Source: a virus
Strand: one strand, 5' to 3'
Virus record (IMG/VR): IMGVR_UViG_3300036770_000877
Coordinates: 32,001-96,000 of that record
DNA: 64,000 bases
Below, piece after piece: positions 55,828 to 64,000 of this stretch. Both the position numbers and the translations under genes were made by a program. Position 1 is the first letter of the stretch. The number at the start of each line of letters is the position of its first letter. The notes under the pieces are model-generated. The model was given only the letters and a program-made list of their open reading frames with translations, was not told the DNA's origin and made no database searches.

Positions 55828-56480
55828 TGTTTGACCAAAGCTTTACGTCAACCAAGCACACATTTGTCTGTGACCCAGACGAATGTGACACCTTGGTGGA
55901 AATAACTACTTCAGACAAGTTTGGATTCCCTTCTGGATGGATCCATAATACATGTCCCTGCGGTAGACAAATGTCACTGATATCCAGTACAATAGAAGAA
56001 AACCCAACTATAGAAAGGCACCAACCCATGGAATCAACAACTACGGTCCCTGAGACCTATAATGCAAATCTTCTTGTAACATATAAGAAGATTGAGAATG
56101 GCGAGACATCCTTCCCAGTCATCAAGGTAAATGACCTTGAATGGACCTTGGAGCAGGCCCGCCGCACAGATACCCGTGCAAACAATCTGCAGTCGACAAT
56201 TAATAAAATCATTGATTGTTTAACTGAAGACCACTGGTTTAATCCAAACACAGAACTATCAGACGTCCTAGAAGAACTGTGCGAAATCCTTAACCACAAC
56301 CCAGTTAAGACTGTAACGTGGGAGGCCAGCATAACGGTCCGAGGAGAAGTTGAAGTTCCTCTGGCTGAATTCGAAGACTTCGATTTAGATTCTCATATTT
56401 CTGAGAACTTAACTATTGACTCATATGACGGCAATACCACAATTGACACATATGATGTTGACTATGTAACTGAGCGATAA
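55827..56480 (+). CDS. Hypothetical protein with N-terminal Zn ribbon
   Basis: CDPDEC..CPCG. Confidence 0.7.
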   Translation: MFDQSFTSTKHTFVCDPDECDTLVEITTSDKFGFPSGWIHNTCPCGRQMSLISSTIEENPTIERHQPMESTTTVPETYNANLLVTYKKIENGETSFPVIKVNDLEWTLEQARRTDTRANNLQSTINKIIDCLTEDHWFNPNTELSDVLEELCEILNHNPVKTVTWEASITVRGEVEVPLAEFEDFDLDSHISENLTIDSYDGNTTIDTYDVDYVTER

Positions 56481-56558
56481 CATGGGGATGAGTGGTGGGG
56501 GTCATCTTGCCGACCCCCACCCTCTTATGATACAATCAAATGCGGAAAGGTGTGGATA

Positions 56559-56855
56559 ATGGCAATAGGCGATAAAGACATAGACGAAGGTAAGTTGGCT
56601 GGCATTGTTGAAGACTACTTATCTGATGTCAGATTTAGCAAACTCAACTTCGCTTGGCACATGGGCAACAAGTCCCCACGAATACAGGAAGAGTTTTGGA
56701 ATACTCTGTGGGCGTGGATAGAGGAGATGTCTGAGTATTACAGGCGAGGCATGGTAGATACCAAGCACTTCAGAGTGGCAAAAATGTGTCATGAGATTAG
56801 GGCTCACATGGAGGGCGAAACTTGGGTGGATAACCAACTCACGCTTGAGTTGTAA
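56559..56855 (+). CDS. Hypothetical protein
   Basis: GAAAGGTG RBS. Confidence 0.65.
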   Translation: MAIGDKDIDEGKLAGIVEDYLSDVRFSKLNFAWHMGNKSPRIQEEFWNTLWAWIEEMSEYYRRGMVDTKHFRVAKMCHEIRAHMEGETWVDNQLTLEL

Positions 56856-56990
56856 GCTGCCCTGGTTTTTGATATAATATATATGATCAATCTTAGTAGA
56901 TGGTGCAGCTATCAGGTGCCGACCAAGTTGTTAAATAAAGCCCGTCCTGGGGGTGTTGACGGAACAGCAGCCATCTGCTATATTTGATAT

Positions 56991-57239
56991 ATGGAACTAA
57001 ATGAATATATAACCAAGGTCAAGCAGGATTTCCCTAATGGCTTCTCTGATTACGTCAAAGAGCACGGGGATAAGACAGAATGGTGGTTTCAATACTATAA
57101 GGCTAATAACCTTGTAGAGCAAGTAAATGGCTACGTGTTTGATTATTCTGAGATGGCTATGATGAGCCATTGGGAGAATGAGAAATGGTGGTCGTTTATG
57201 GGAAATGTAGAATACGAGTTCAACAAAGAATATAACTAA
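56991..57239 (+). CDS. Hypothetical protein (leaderless)
   Basis: TTGACG-17-TATATT just upstream. Confidence 0.65.
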   Translation: MELNEYITKVKQDFPNGFSDYVKEHGDKTEWWFQYYKANNLVEQVNGYVFDYSEMAMMSHWENEKWWSFMGNVEYEFNKEYN

Positions 57240-57253
57240 CAAAGGAGCAAGGT

Positions 57254-57610
57254 GTGGGAGCAAGATGTACGTTCGTATTTAAAACAGATGAGAATCATGC
57301 AGTGGCATTGTATAGCCATTGGGGTGAAGATTCTCTCTATGAAGATTTAGCCGCAGCATTAAATCATGCAAAGCCTAGATGGTCTGACCCATCGTATGGC
57401 ACCCGTATGGCAATTAGTTATCTAATGCAGGATAGCATTTTAGATGAAACGGGATTCGGGATTTATGGATGTGACCCATCAGACCAGGGATTTATGGATA
57501 CACCAATCACAATTGATTTTACAGATAATACTGTAGGCAATGGGGAGGATTGGCATTCCTTTGAAGAGTTTGTTAATTATCATGGGAATGTGTTAGTTAA
57601 ATCCAGTTAG
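57254..57610 (+). CDS. Hypothetical protein
   Basis: GAR..F..VALYSHWG..RWSDPSY..ETGFGI; AAAGGAG RBS. Confidence 0.7.
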   Translation: MGARCTFVFKTDENHAVALYSHWGEDSLYEDLAAALNHAKPRWSDPSYGTRMAISYLMQDSILDETGFGIYGCDPSDQGFMDTPITIDFTDNTVGNGEDWHSFEEFVNYHGNVLVKSS

Positions 57611-57615
57611 CTTAT

Positions 57616-57635
57616 GTCCCCGCTTCGGCGGGGAC
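57616..57635 (+). terminator. UUCG hairpin ending the early operon
   Basis: GTCCCCGC-TTCG-GCGGGGAC. Confidence 0.65.
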
Positions 57636-58408
57636 TAAGACTCTAAACTTAATAAAATGTCTACCATTACGACTAGATCTAAAAAATCGTGGAATATTTG
57701 AGAAATATATCTCTAAATATCTAGTTAGACATTACGACCATATGTAAAAAATCGCAGAATTATAGCAATATGACAATAGATTGTCAAGAGCTATTTTCTG
57801 CATATAGATCTATTATCCTTTCTTCTGTGGTTTATTTATTCTCTTAGTGTTATTGTTACCTTTAGATTTCCCGCCTTTAAAATCTCTGCCAAACTTATTA
57901 TTCTTCTGTGGGCCCCGCTTCGGGGCGGCGGAATCAGAAGTAACTACATTATCCTTGCTCATTAATACCTCCTATATTACGAAGCATATCATAAAATGCT
58001 AGAAATATCTACAAAAATGTACAAATATGATCATAATAATGTAAAATAGAATAAATATTGATCTATATTGTACGAAATTTAGTCAAAATAAATGCCATAT
58101 TTAGGCATAATTTATGCCATATTTTGGCATATCTATTGACAATATTTTATCCATATGGTATATGCTTATTAGCCCTGTATTTATATATGTCCATATATTG
58201 AGATTTATATATAAAAGCTATTGACATTACGAACGGATTATGATAGTCGTTCCAATACCCATATAAATAACATATAACTATCTAACACTGTTTATTCTAT
58301 TTACTATACTCCATATCTCTCCACTTTACTCCACAATACACCACTATAAAGCCTTAAAAAGGTCTATAACAAGGTGAAAATGGGAGGGGGTAGTGGAAAA
58401 GCTTGATA

Positions 58409-58615
58409 CTATCTTATAGGTCCTATAAAGGGTGTTATTGGACCTTTGTAATCATCATCTGACCATTTGCCTGTAGCAAATCCTACTCTTTGATCATTAT
58501 CCTTGTATTGTTCTATATGGGGAGAATGCTCTTCTTGAGCTTCCCGCCCTAAATTTCTATACCATACATATAATAAAAACAGGGCATATGAGCATGCAAA
58601 AAATATTTCGATCAT
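58409..58615 (-). CDS. Small membrane protein
   Basis: N-terminal TM segment; ATGA coupling. Confidence 0.55.
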   Translation of the reverse strand: MIEIFFACSYALFLLYVWYRNLGREAQEEHSPHIEQYKDNDQRVGFATGKWSDDDYKGPITPFIGPIR

Positions 58616-59151
58616 TGGTCTTCACTTTTCGCTTCACTCTTAGAGCCTTTAATATCCCATAACTTTTCCATATTATAATATCTAGCCATAACAAATAATA
58701 GATCAGATAATCTATTTAGATATCTAGGGATATCACGACTAAACTTAATTTCATCATTTGTCTCATGTATTTCTATAGCAAGCCATACTGTTCTTTCGGC
58801 TCTTCTTACTATTGCCCTAGCATTATGTAATGGTCCTGTAGGTAGGATAAAAGACCTTAGTGGCTCTAGGTATTCGTTATAATCATCTATAAGGGATTCT
58901 AGCCACTCTATTCTTTCTGGGGTAATTTTGATATCTTTAGACCCCGCCAATTCTGCTCCAAGATCAAATAGGTCCTGCTGGATACTATCTATGATATCGG
59001 TTCTATCAGTCATACCTATGGCTGAGTTTGCCTCATCAACCGTACCTATAGCTTCTATCAGAGGCGTTATCTTGCTTAGCCTTTGGTTATTGGCAATTGA
59101 TGTAAATCCATCATCACCCGTCTTTGTGTATATTTTAGTTAGGTTTACCAT
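58612..59151 (-). CDS. pduO: PduO-type ATP:cob(I)alamin adenosyltransferase
   Basis: KIYTKTGDDG, GTVDEANSAIG, QQDLFDLGAEL, FILP, ARAIVRRAER, YLNRLSDLLFVMAR. Confidence 0.93.
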   Translation of the reverse strand: MVNLTKIYTKTGDDGFTSIANNQRLSKITPLIEAIGTVDEANSAIGMTDRTDIIDSIQQDLFDLGAELAGSKDIKITPERIEWLESLIDDYNEYLEPLRSFILPTGPLHNARAIVRRAERTVWLAIEIHETNDEIKFSRDIPRYLNRLSDLLFVMARYYNMEKLWDIKGSKSEAKSEDQ

Positions 59152-59266
59152 CAGTGCCCCGTAACCGATCTCCATAGATCAATGCTTATTTTATTTGCTA
59201 CATATAATGCAAATAAAGTTATACCTACTTGAAAGATTATTTCAATAGACATTCTGTTCTTAGTTT

Positions 59267-59722
59267 TTAAGGCCATCTTAATTTCCCTTCAGTTGAAAAT
59301 ACTAGACCTAATGAATCCCCTTCAGAAAGGTATGTCTCATTGATACCTTTTTGAGCCCACCCCCACTCATTATTCGGAAATGGGATTACATTCTTTTTCT
59401 TTATGATGACTGCCCAATACGCCTCTGCTGGTGGCATTGATTCACAAGATTCAAATGATTCTCCTGGCAAACCATTGACCCTGCATACAACAGCATCTCC
59501 ATATTTTTGGGTTCCTTCAATTTTATAATTTTCATTCTTTAAAAGCTCTAGTGCATTTACTTCCCCGCTAGCAGGAATACATTTTGTTATTTTAGATCCA
59601 TTGTCCAATGTACCATAATCAATATATAGATTAATACAACCCTTATCAGAGTTTATATGATTAATTCCACCAAGAATCAATCCAATTAGCATCAAATATC
59701 CTATTAGTTTTTTTATGTCCAT
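59267..59722 (-). CDS. Exported DUF4430/transcobalamin-C-like (SCO2322-like) protein
   Basis: Signal/TM segment; VCRVNGLP..C..MPPAEAYWA..W.WAQKG....L.EGDSLGLVF. Confidence 0.55.
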   Translation of the reverse strand: MDIKKLIGYLMLIGLILGGINHINSDKGCINLYIDYGTLDNGSKITKCIPASGEVNALELLKNENYKIEGTQKYGDAVVCRVNGLPGESFESCESMPPAEAYWAVIIKKKNVIPFPNNEWGWAQKGINETYLSEGDSLGLVFSTEGKLRWP

Positions 59723-59913
59723 CGTCTCTCCTCTGGTAAATCTAATGGGGTAGGGGGAGTGATCTTACATCCACATGCATAACATTCACACTCTTTTAGC
59801 CCATACCCCGCTATTTCATAGGTTTCTGGGTCGAACATTACGACCATTTTAAAATGATCATTTCCACACATTGGGCATATTGGTGTGGGGAGTCCTTCTA
59901 GTTCGGCGTTCAC
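59713..59913 (-). CDS. Zn-ribbon hypothetical protein
   Basis: CPMCG..CYACG..PTPLD. Confidence 0.65.
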   Translation of the reverse strand: MNAELEGLPTPICPMCGNDHFKMVVMFDPETYEIAGYGLKECECYACGCKITPPTPLDLPEERRWT

Positions 59914-60089
59914 TTTTTCGGCCCCATATTATCTAATAACTTTTTAGCAGTATCAGTATCATCTAAATCCATATTCATGGTTACACAATATACATATTCT
60001 CCACGCATACCTATAATCCATGCCACTGCTCGTAATACCTTTGACTTCCATCTAGGCATCTCAAGTATTTCGATAAAATTGTCTGACAC

Positions 60090-60476
60090 TTACTTGCCTT
60101 CTGTCCCCGAAGCTTCGTGGACAAAGCCATGCTCTCTATCGAACAATATGAAATCTAATACCTGCACATCAAAGGTCTCCTTGAATATAGACAAGACCTT
60201 ATCTAGTTCTAGTTGGCCACATGTGTATAGGTCGAACTGTACCAATGCTGGATCAACCTCATCCCAGATATGGAAAGCAATATGGCTAGTTTCTATCATT
60301 ACAATAGCAGTAAGACCCTTGTTGCCGTCTTTATCTACATAGCTGGCAAATGGGCCCTTGATGATCTTCATATCAATTCTATTAACTAGATTGGTAAGAA
60401 AATCTATACCTTCTTGTTCTGTATTTATTGGGTTTCGCACCTTAGCATTTACCAATAAATGTTTGTGATATATCAC
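60090..60476 (-). CDS. speD: S-adenosylmethionine decarboxylase proenzyme-like
   Basis: HKHLLV, GLTAIVMIETSHIAFHIWDE, QFDLYTCG; GTG start at 60476 behind AGAAGGAG. Confidence 0.85.
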   Translation of the reverse strand: MIYHKHLLVNAKVRNPINTEQEGIDFLTNLVNRIDMKIIKGPFASYVDKDGNKGLTAIVMIETSHIAFHIWDEVDPALVQFDLYTCGQLELDKVLSIFKETFDVQVLDFILFDREHGFVHEASGTEGK

Positions 60477-60607
60477 CTTTTCTCCTTCTCGTAATCTTTG
60501 AAGCATTTACTGCATACAAAGAATATCTTTTCTCCTACCGTCACAATCTGCATTAAATTCTGTGGAAATTGTTTTAAACAGTCGTGACACCTGCCTTTTA
60601 AACCCAT

Positions 60608-61051
60608 TTAATCCCCTTCAAAATTTATGCCGTCAAACGGCAATTGGCTATCTTCATATTTCGGCTCACTCTCGACCAAATATATTACTTCATCTATAAG
60701 ATTAGCTCTTAATGCAGTATTAATCATCTGGTCTGATGATCCACCTTCTCTAGGCTTAGATGAGAAATAGACTGTGTAATGAGCCTCTGGGTTTACTGCT
60801 TTTAGCAGGGCACCGTTGGCTATAGCCTTCTTTACACTGTCCGTTCTCTTGGCTCCTGGACGCTTCTTGTTGCCCTCGTAGCCACCTTTAGCCTCTATGT
60901 ATCTACCATCAGCAAGGAAGTCTATCTCGACCCCAGCTCCTGGAATAAATACATTCTTCTGTATATCTGTAAGTCCTAAGTTTGTTAGTTCTTCAAAAAC
61001 TATGTCTTCGAAATCTCCGCCAGACTTTTTAGACTCTGACTGGAAATTCAT
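60608..61051 (-). CDS. PD-(D/E)XK nuclease-like protein
   Basis: G.DFE, EIDF, IEAKGG, RTDSVKKAIANG. Confidence 0.7.
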   Translation of the reverse strand: MNFQSESKKSGGDFEDIVFEELTNLGLTDIQKNVFIPGAGVEIDFLADGRYIEAKGGYEGNKKRPGAKRTDSVKKAIANGALLKAVNPEAHYTVYFSSKPREGGSSDQMINTALRANLIDEVIYLVESEPKYEDSQLPFDGINFEGD

Positions 61052-61284
61052 TTCTTTTTCTTGACTTGGGCCTTCTTAGCTATTTTCTTTGGAGCATCTT
61101 CTGCTTCCAATATTTGTCTAATTAGACTGTTGGTATGGGTAGCAATAGCAACCTCTTCCTTTGTCCAAACTTCAATGACAAAATAAAAATGAATAATCTC
61201 AAATGTAAGTGCTTTTATATAGTGGCAGTAGTTAATACCAAAACCCCATGAGTCCCATTTTCCTGCAAAAAACTTAATCTTCAT
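61048..61284 (-). CDS. Hypothetical protein
   Basis: Coupled ORF. Confidence 0.6.
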   Translation of the reverse strand: MKIKFFAGKWDSWGFGINYCHYIKALTFEIIHFYFVIEVWTKEEVAIATHTNSLIRQILEAEDAPKKIAKKAQVKKKK

Positions 61285-61483
61285 TGTTCTCCTCTATTTC
61301 TGGTCTGTTTATCCAGATCCATTTACCGTACCCAATCCCTCTGTAAGATCCTTGGTACATTCTTCCGTTCTCCATATCAATAAGCACCCATTTTTCTGGC
61401 GCTTTTGTATGGACAGTTAATTCAACAACATCGTCAAGCTCTGGAACCTCTCCACCGCTTGCTAATTTTCTACTTTTTGCCAT
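61274..61483 (-). CDS. Hypothetical protein
   Basis: TKAPEKWVLIDMENG. Confidence 0.6.
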   Translation of the reverse strand: MAKSRKLASGGEVPELDDVVELTVHTKAPEKWVLIDMENGRMYQGSYRGIGYGKWIWINRPEIEENNED

Positions 61484-61922
61484 ATTTCATTTGAATGTAG
61501 CATACAAACCAGCCAACAGCAAAACCTGCTAGCAACCACAATGGGTGTAGGTAAGTAACGTCCATTACTTGTGCTCCTTTAATATATGATTGTTTAATGT
61601 CATGTGTGCAAAACCTGAGCGTACCTCGATATCACGATTACACTTAGGGCATGTAACTAATCTACTGCTAGCCATATCTACCATTTCTCTAGTGGACAAC
61701 TGTTATATATATATTGTACAAGATATTCACCAGATTGTCTACACCTTCCGTCCTTTAATATAAATAAAGGACATTCTAAGCATATCTCTGTGCGCTTATC
61801 TAGCTCATCAAATGTTATATTCATCGTCTTCTTCATCTGAGAAGTCAAAATCTACTTCTTTAAAAGCGTCCATAATAGACATTACGACGAAGTAAACTGC
61901 CCCTCCCAAGATTGCGAAGATG

Positions 61923-62111
61923 CTACCTATTTGTAGTAGTTTTTTCATTCTTCTCCCATAGCACTAGGTTACTATCATTGATCCAAGCATTCTTATACTT
62001 GTCTCTTTCATTCTTTAAATCTTTAATTATCTTGTTAGACTTCATCCACTTTTGGGCATTCCACCATACAGCTATGATTAAATAGAATATGACTACTTGT
62101 TCGATACTCAT
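61923..62111 (-). CDS. Small membrane protein
   Basis: TM segment plus coiled coil. Confidence 0.55.
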   Translation of the reverse strand: MSIEQVVIFYLIIAVWWNAQKWMKSNKIIKDLKNERDKYKNAWINDSNLVLWEKNEKTTTNR

Positions 62112-62410
62112 GGCCTACCAGCGTCTTCCCAGAACTTTTCCCGACCCATAGCATCAGTTACCTGCATTGGACTTGACTCGTATTCTTGTGTATCTGGATA
62201 GGATGCGAGTATGTGATTACATAGCGGAACTATAGCTTTATTAGATTTGTTTAGTTCCATTAAAGCTGGAGAGACATTAAGATCTTCTGAATATTTTCGC
62301 AGAAAGTCTACAAAAAGCTTATCAAATTCTGTAGAAATTGGGTGTGCCTCTGCTGCTGCAAGCACAATGTTTGATAAACCAAAGGGTGGTGGCAAAGGAA
62401 TGTCTGACAT
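62108..62410 (-). CDS. Hypothetical protein
   Basis: Coupled ORF. Confidence 0.6.
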   Translation of the reverse strand: MSDIPLPPPFGLSNIVLAAAEAHPISTEFDKLFVDFLRKYSEDLNVSPALMELNKSNKAIVPLCNHILASYPDTQEYESSPMQVTDAMGREKFWEDAGRP

Positions 62411-62694
62411 TAGAAAAGTTTCCTTATCTCTGGTAGTGGTAGAGCACCTACATTTCTAGTATATTCACCGTTATTATAAGAAATAAGGGTAGGGACGGAT
62501 TGAACTTCCATCTCTCTTGAGATCCCAGCATTTTCATCTACGTCGATTCTAACGTACTTTATGTCTGGCTGTTCCTGCAAAAATGTGTCAATGTTTGGCT
62601 GCATACGCTTACATGGATTACACCATTCAGCAGTAAAATGTACTAAAACCCTGTCATTTTGGGCCACTATGTCATTTAATTCATGCTTGTTCAT
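62410..62694 (-). CDS. trxA: Thioredoxin
   Basis: FTAEWCNPCK, IDVDEN, VQSVPTL. Confidence 0.9.
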   Translation of the reverse strand: MNKHELNDIVAQNDRVLVHFTAEWCNPCKRMQPNIDTFLQEQPDIKYVRIDVDENAGISREMEVQSVPTLISYNNGEYTRNVGALPLPEIRKLF

Positions 62695-62869
62695 TTAAAG
62701 CCTTCTCTACTTCCTCTTTAAAAGTCTTTAAAACAAAGTCGGTAACGGATGCACAATAGGCCATCTTGGTGTCCGCTTCGACAAGATCCATATCCTTTCC
62801 GTTATATAGGGTATGGAAAAGCTTTTTGGCTACTTCTGCTGCAATAATACTTAGATCTTCGTTATCCAT
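62681..62869 (-). CDS. Hypothetical protein
   Basis: GGAG RBS. Confidence 0.55.
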   Translation of the reverse strand: MDNEDLSIIAAEVAKKLFHTLYNGKDMDLVEADTKMAYCASVTDFVLKTFKEEVEKALNEQA

Positions 62870-63025
62870 TTTTACTCCATTTGATTATGTTTTGTAGGTT
62901 TTTTATTTTTTCTTCTAGCCTAGTATCCATCTCTAATCTTTTAGATTCAGACATCTGGTTATATACGGCCAGTAATTCTTCTATTGCACCCAGCATATTT
63001 GCCAGATGCTTTGTTATATCGTCTC

Positions 63026-63562
63026 TCATTCGCTTAGGTAAAGGAATGGGGGCTCTACTCCCATTGTATATTCAGCAGACGCCTCTAGAGCTTTTGTAAG
63101 GCGTGTGCGAGGGCTCTTGATGTGCTTTGTTGAGTGTAAGCTTCCAAGAGCAAACTGGTAACCGCTTCCAATGGCAAAATACTTGTCGTAGTACTCTCCC
63201 ATATTAAAGTCAGTGTCCATTACAAATAGTCGACCATGGATACCAATAATTAAATCTGATATATTGTCGTCATCTTTGTCAATAACAAAATTATTTTTGG
63301 CAAGACACTTCTGAATAGCATCAACAAAGTCAATGCACATTGTCTTTTCTAAGTTTCTTTTACTAGGAACTGGAGGATAAAAGTCATACTGTAGAAGTTG
63401 ACCCATTCTAAAGCTATTTGAAAAACCAATTATGTATTCATCTACCATAAAAACTTTGGCATCTTTTCTTTTGTGAACTGATCCAATATCTGAATCGCTG
63501 GCTGCGCTGTCACAAGCCATGTGAACTTTACCGTTATGAATTACTCCTACTACACAGGTCAT
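63026..63562 (-). CDS. HslV/proteasome-beta-like Ntn peptidase
   Basis: N-terminal M-T-C (Thr nucleophile), ACDS, KVF, AIGSGYQFALGSL. Confidence 0.8.
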   Translation of the reverse strand: MTCVVGVIHNGKVHMACDSAASDSDIGSVHKRKDAKVFMVDEYIIGFSNSFRMGQLLQYDFYPPVPSKRNLEKTMCIDFVDAIQKCLAKNNFVIDKDDDNISDLIIGIHGRLFVMDTDFNMGEYYDKYFAIGSGYQFALGSLHSTKHIKSPRTRLTKALEASAEYTMGVEPPFLYLSE

Positions 63563-63676
63563 ATTTTGGCCCCCTCTGCCCTCATTCTATGATACCCTAA
63601 GTTTTTCATCAGGTCAATAACCCTGTTATAATTAGATAGAAATCCATTTACAATTAAATAAGGAGACATTTTACGC

Positions 63677-64000
63677 ATGGAAAGCACTATAGTAGTTGCC
63701 ATATTAGGTATTTTGGGTAGTTTTTTTACATACCTATTTACCAAGCCCCAGCAAAAAGCTGATGTTACTGGTGTAATTTCTGCGGCAGCAGAAACTTCTG
63801 TAGATACATTACTTAAAGTAATGGAAGAATTACGTGCTGGAATGGATGAAATTAGATCCACCAATGAACTCCTAAAGTGTGAGATTGATAAACTTGTTGA
63901 AGAAAACGTTCTTCTTCAGGGAGAAATTCACGAACTTAAATTGCAAAACGAAAAGCTTTTGGCAGAGAATGTCAAGCTTCGTAAAGAAATTCATAAACTT
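63677..64000 (+). CDS. Membrane-anchored coiled-coil protein (truncated)
   Basis: AAGGAG RBS; MESTIVVAILGILGSFF.. followed by heptad repeats. Confidence 0.7.
   Translation, partial: MESTIVVAILGILGSFFTYLFTKPQQKADVTGVISAAAETSVDTLLKVMEELRAGMDEIRSTNELLKCEIDKLVEENVLLQGEIHELKLQNEKLLAENVKLRKEIHKL

Noticed and set aside
56551-56559. Second DnaA box TGTGGATAA
   Set aside because: Sits in an RBS-to-start spacer outside any operator cluster; probably chance.
47287-57263. Minus-strand ORFs in the early region (47287, 48981, 50006, 51506, 52642, 55646, 56997 etc.)
   Set aside because: They overlap + strand genes that have clear promoters and RBSs.
63559-63864. 101-aa minus-strand ORF
   Set aside because: Shadow of the + strand gene from 63677, which has an RBS and a coherent TM/coiled-coil structure.

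Overview
This window is part of a large, low-GC siphovirus-like phage genome. The host is most likely an actinobacterium, probably a freshwater lineage: the phage has WhiB, AGAAAGG ribosome-binding sites, many leaderless genes and actinobacterial-type operators. 1-36.7 kb (minus strand) is virion morphogenesis: tape measure (truncated), frameshifted tail chaperones, major tail, neck, capsid, protease/scaffold and portal, plus about 26 kb of modular fibre, glycine-rich and Ig-domain genes with an inserted flavin halogenase. 36.7-43.8 kb holds class II RNR (nrdJ), a glycosyltransferase, an SLT, endolysin/holin, a CIRCE-controlled hsp20, a small RNA and a nuclease. 44.1-57.6 kb (plus strand) is an early/host-takeover region of short gene cassettes. 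Its intergenic DNA is the most striking feature: 13 exact PafBC/RecA-NDp-type promoters (TGTCRG-N10-TANNNT), about 13 CRP-like boxes, a perfect actinobacterial SOS box, a DnaA box, WhiA-like GACAC/-35 composites, an unassigned ATGTCCGATTT motif and 24-bp direct repeats, arranged in a stereotyped order. Coding DNA there appears to avoid 4-bp palindromes. 58.4-63.6 kb (minus strand) holds auxiliary genes, including a candidate B12 capture/activation pair (exported DUF4430-like protein plus PduO), SpeD, thioredoxin and an HslV-like peptidase. All calls are by-eye motif recognition; no searches were run.
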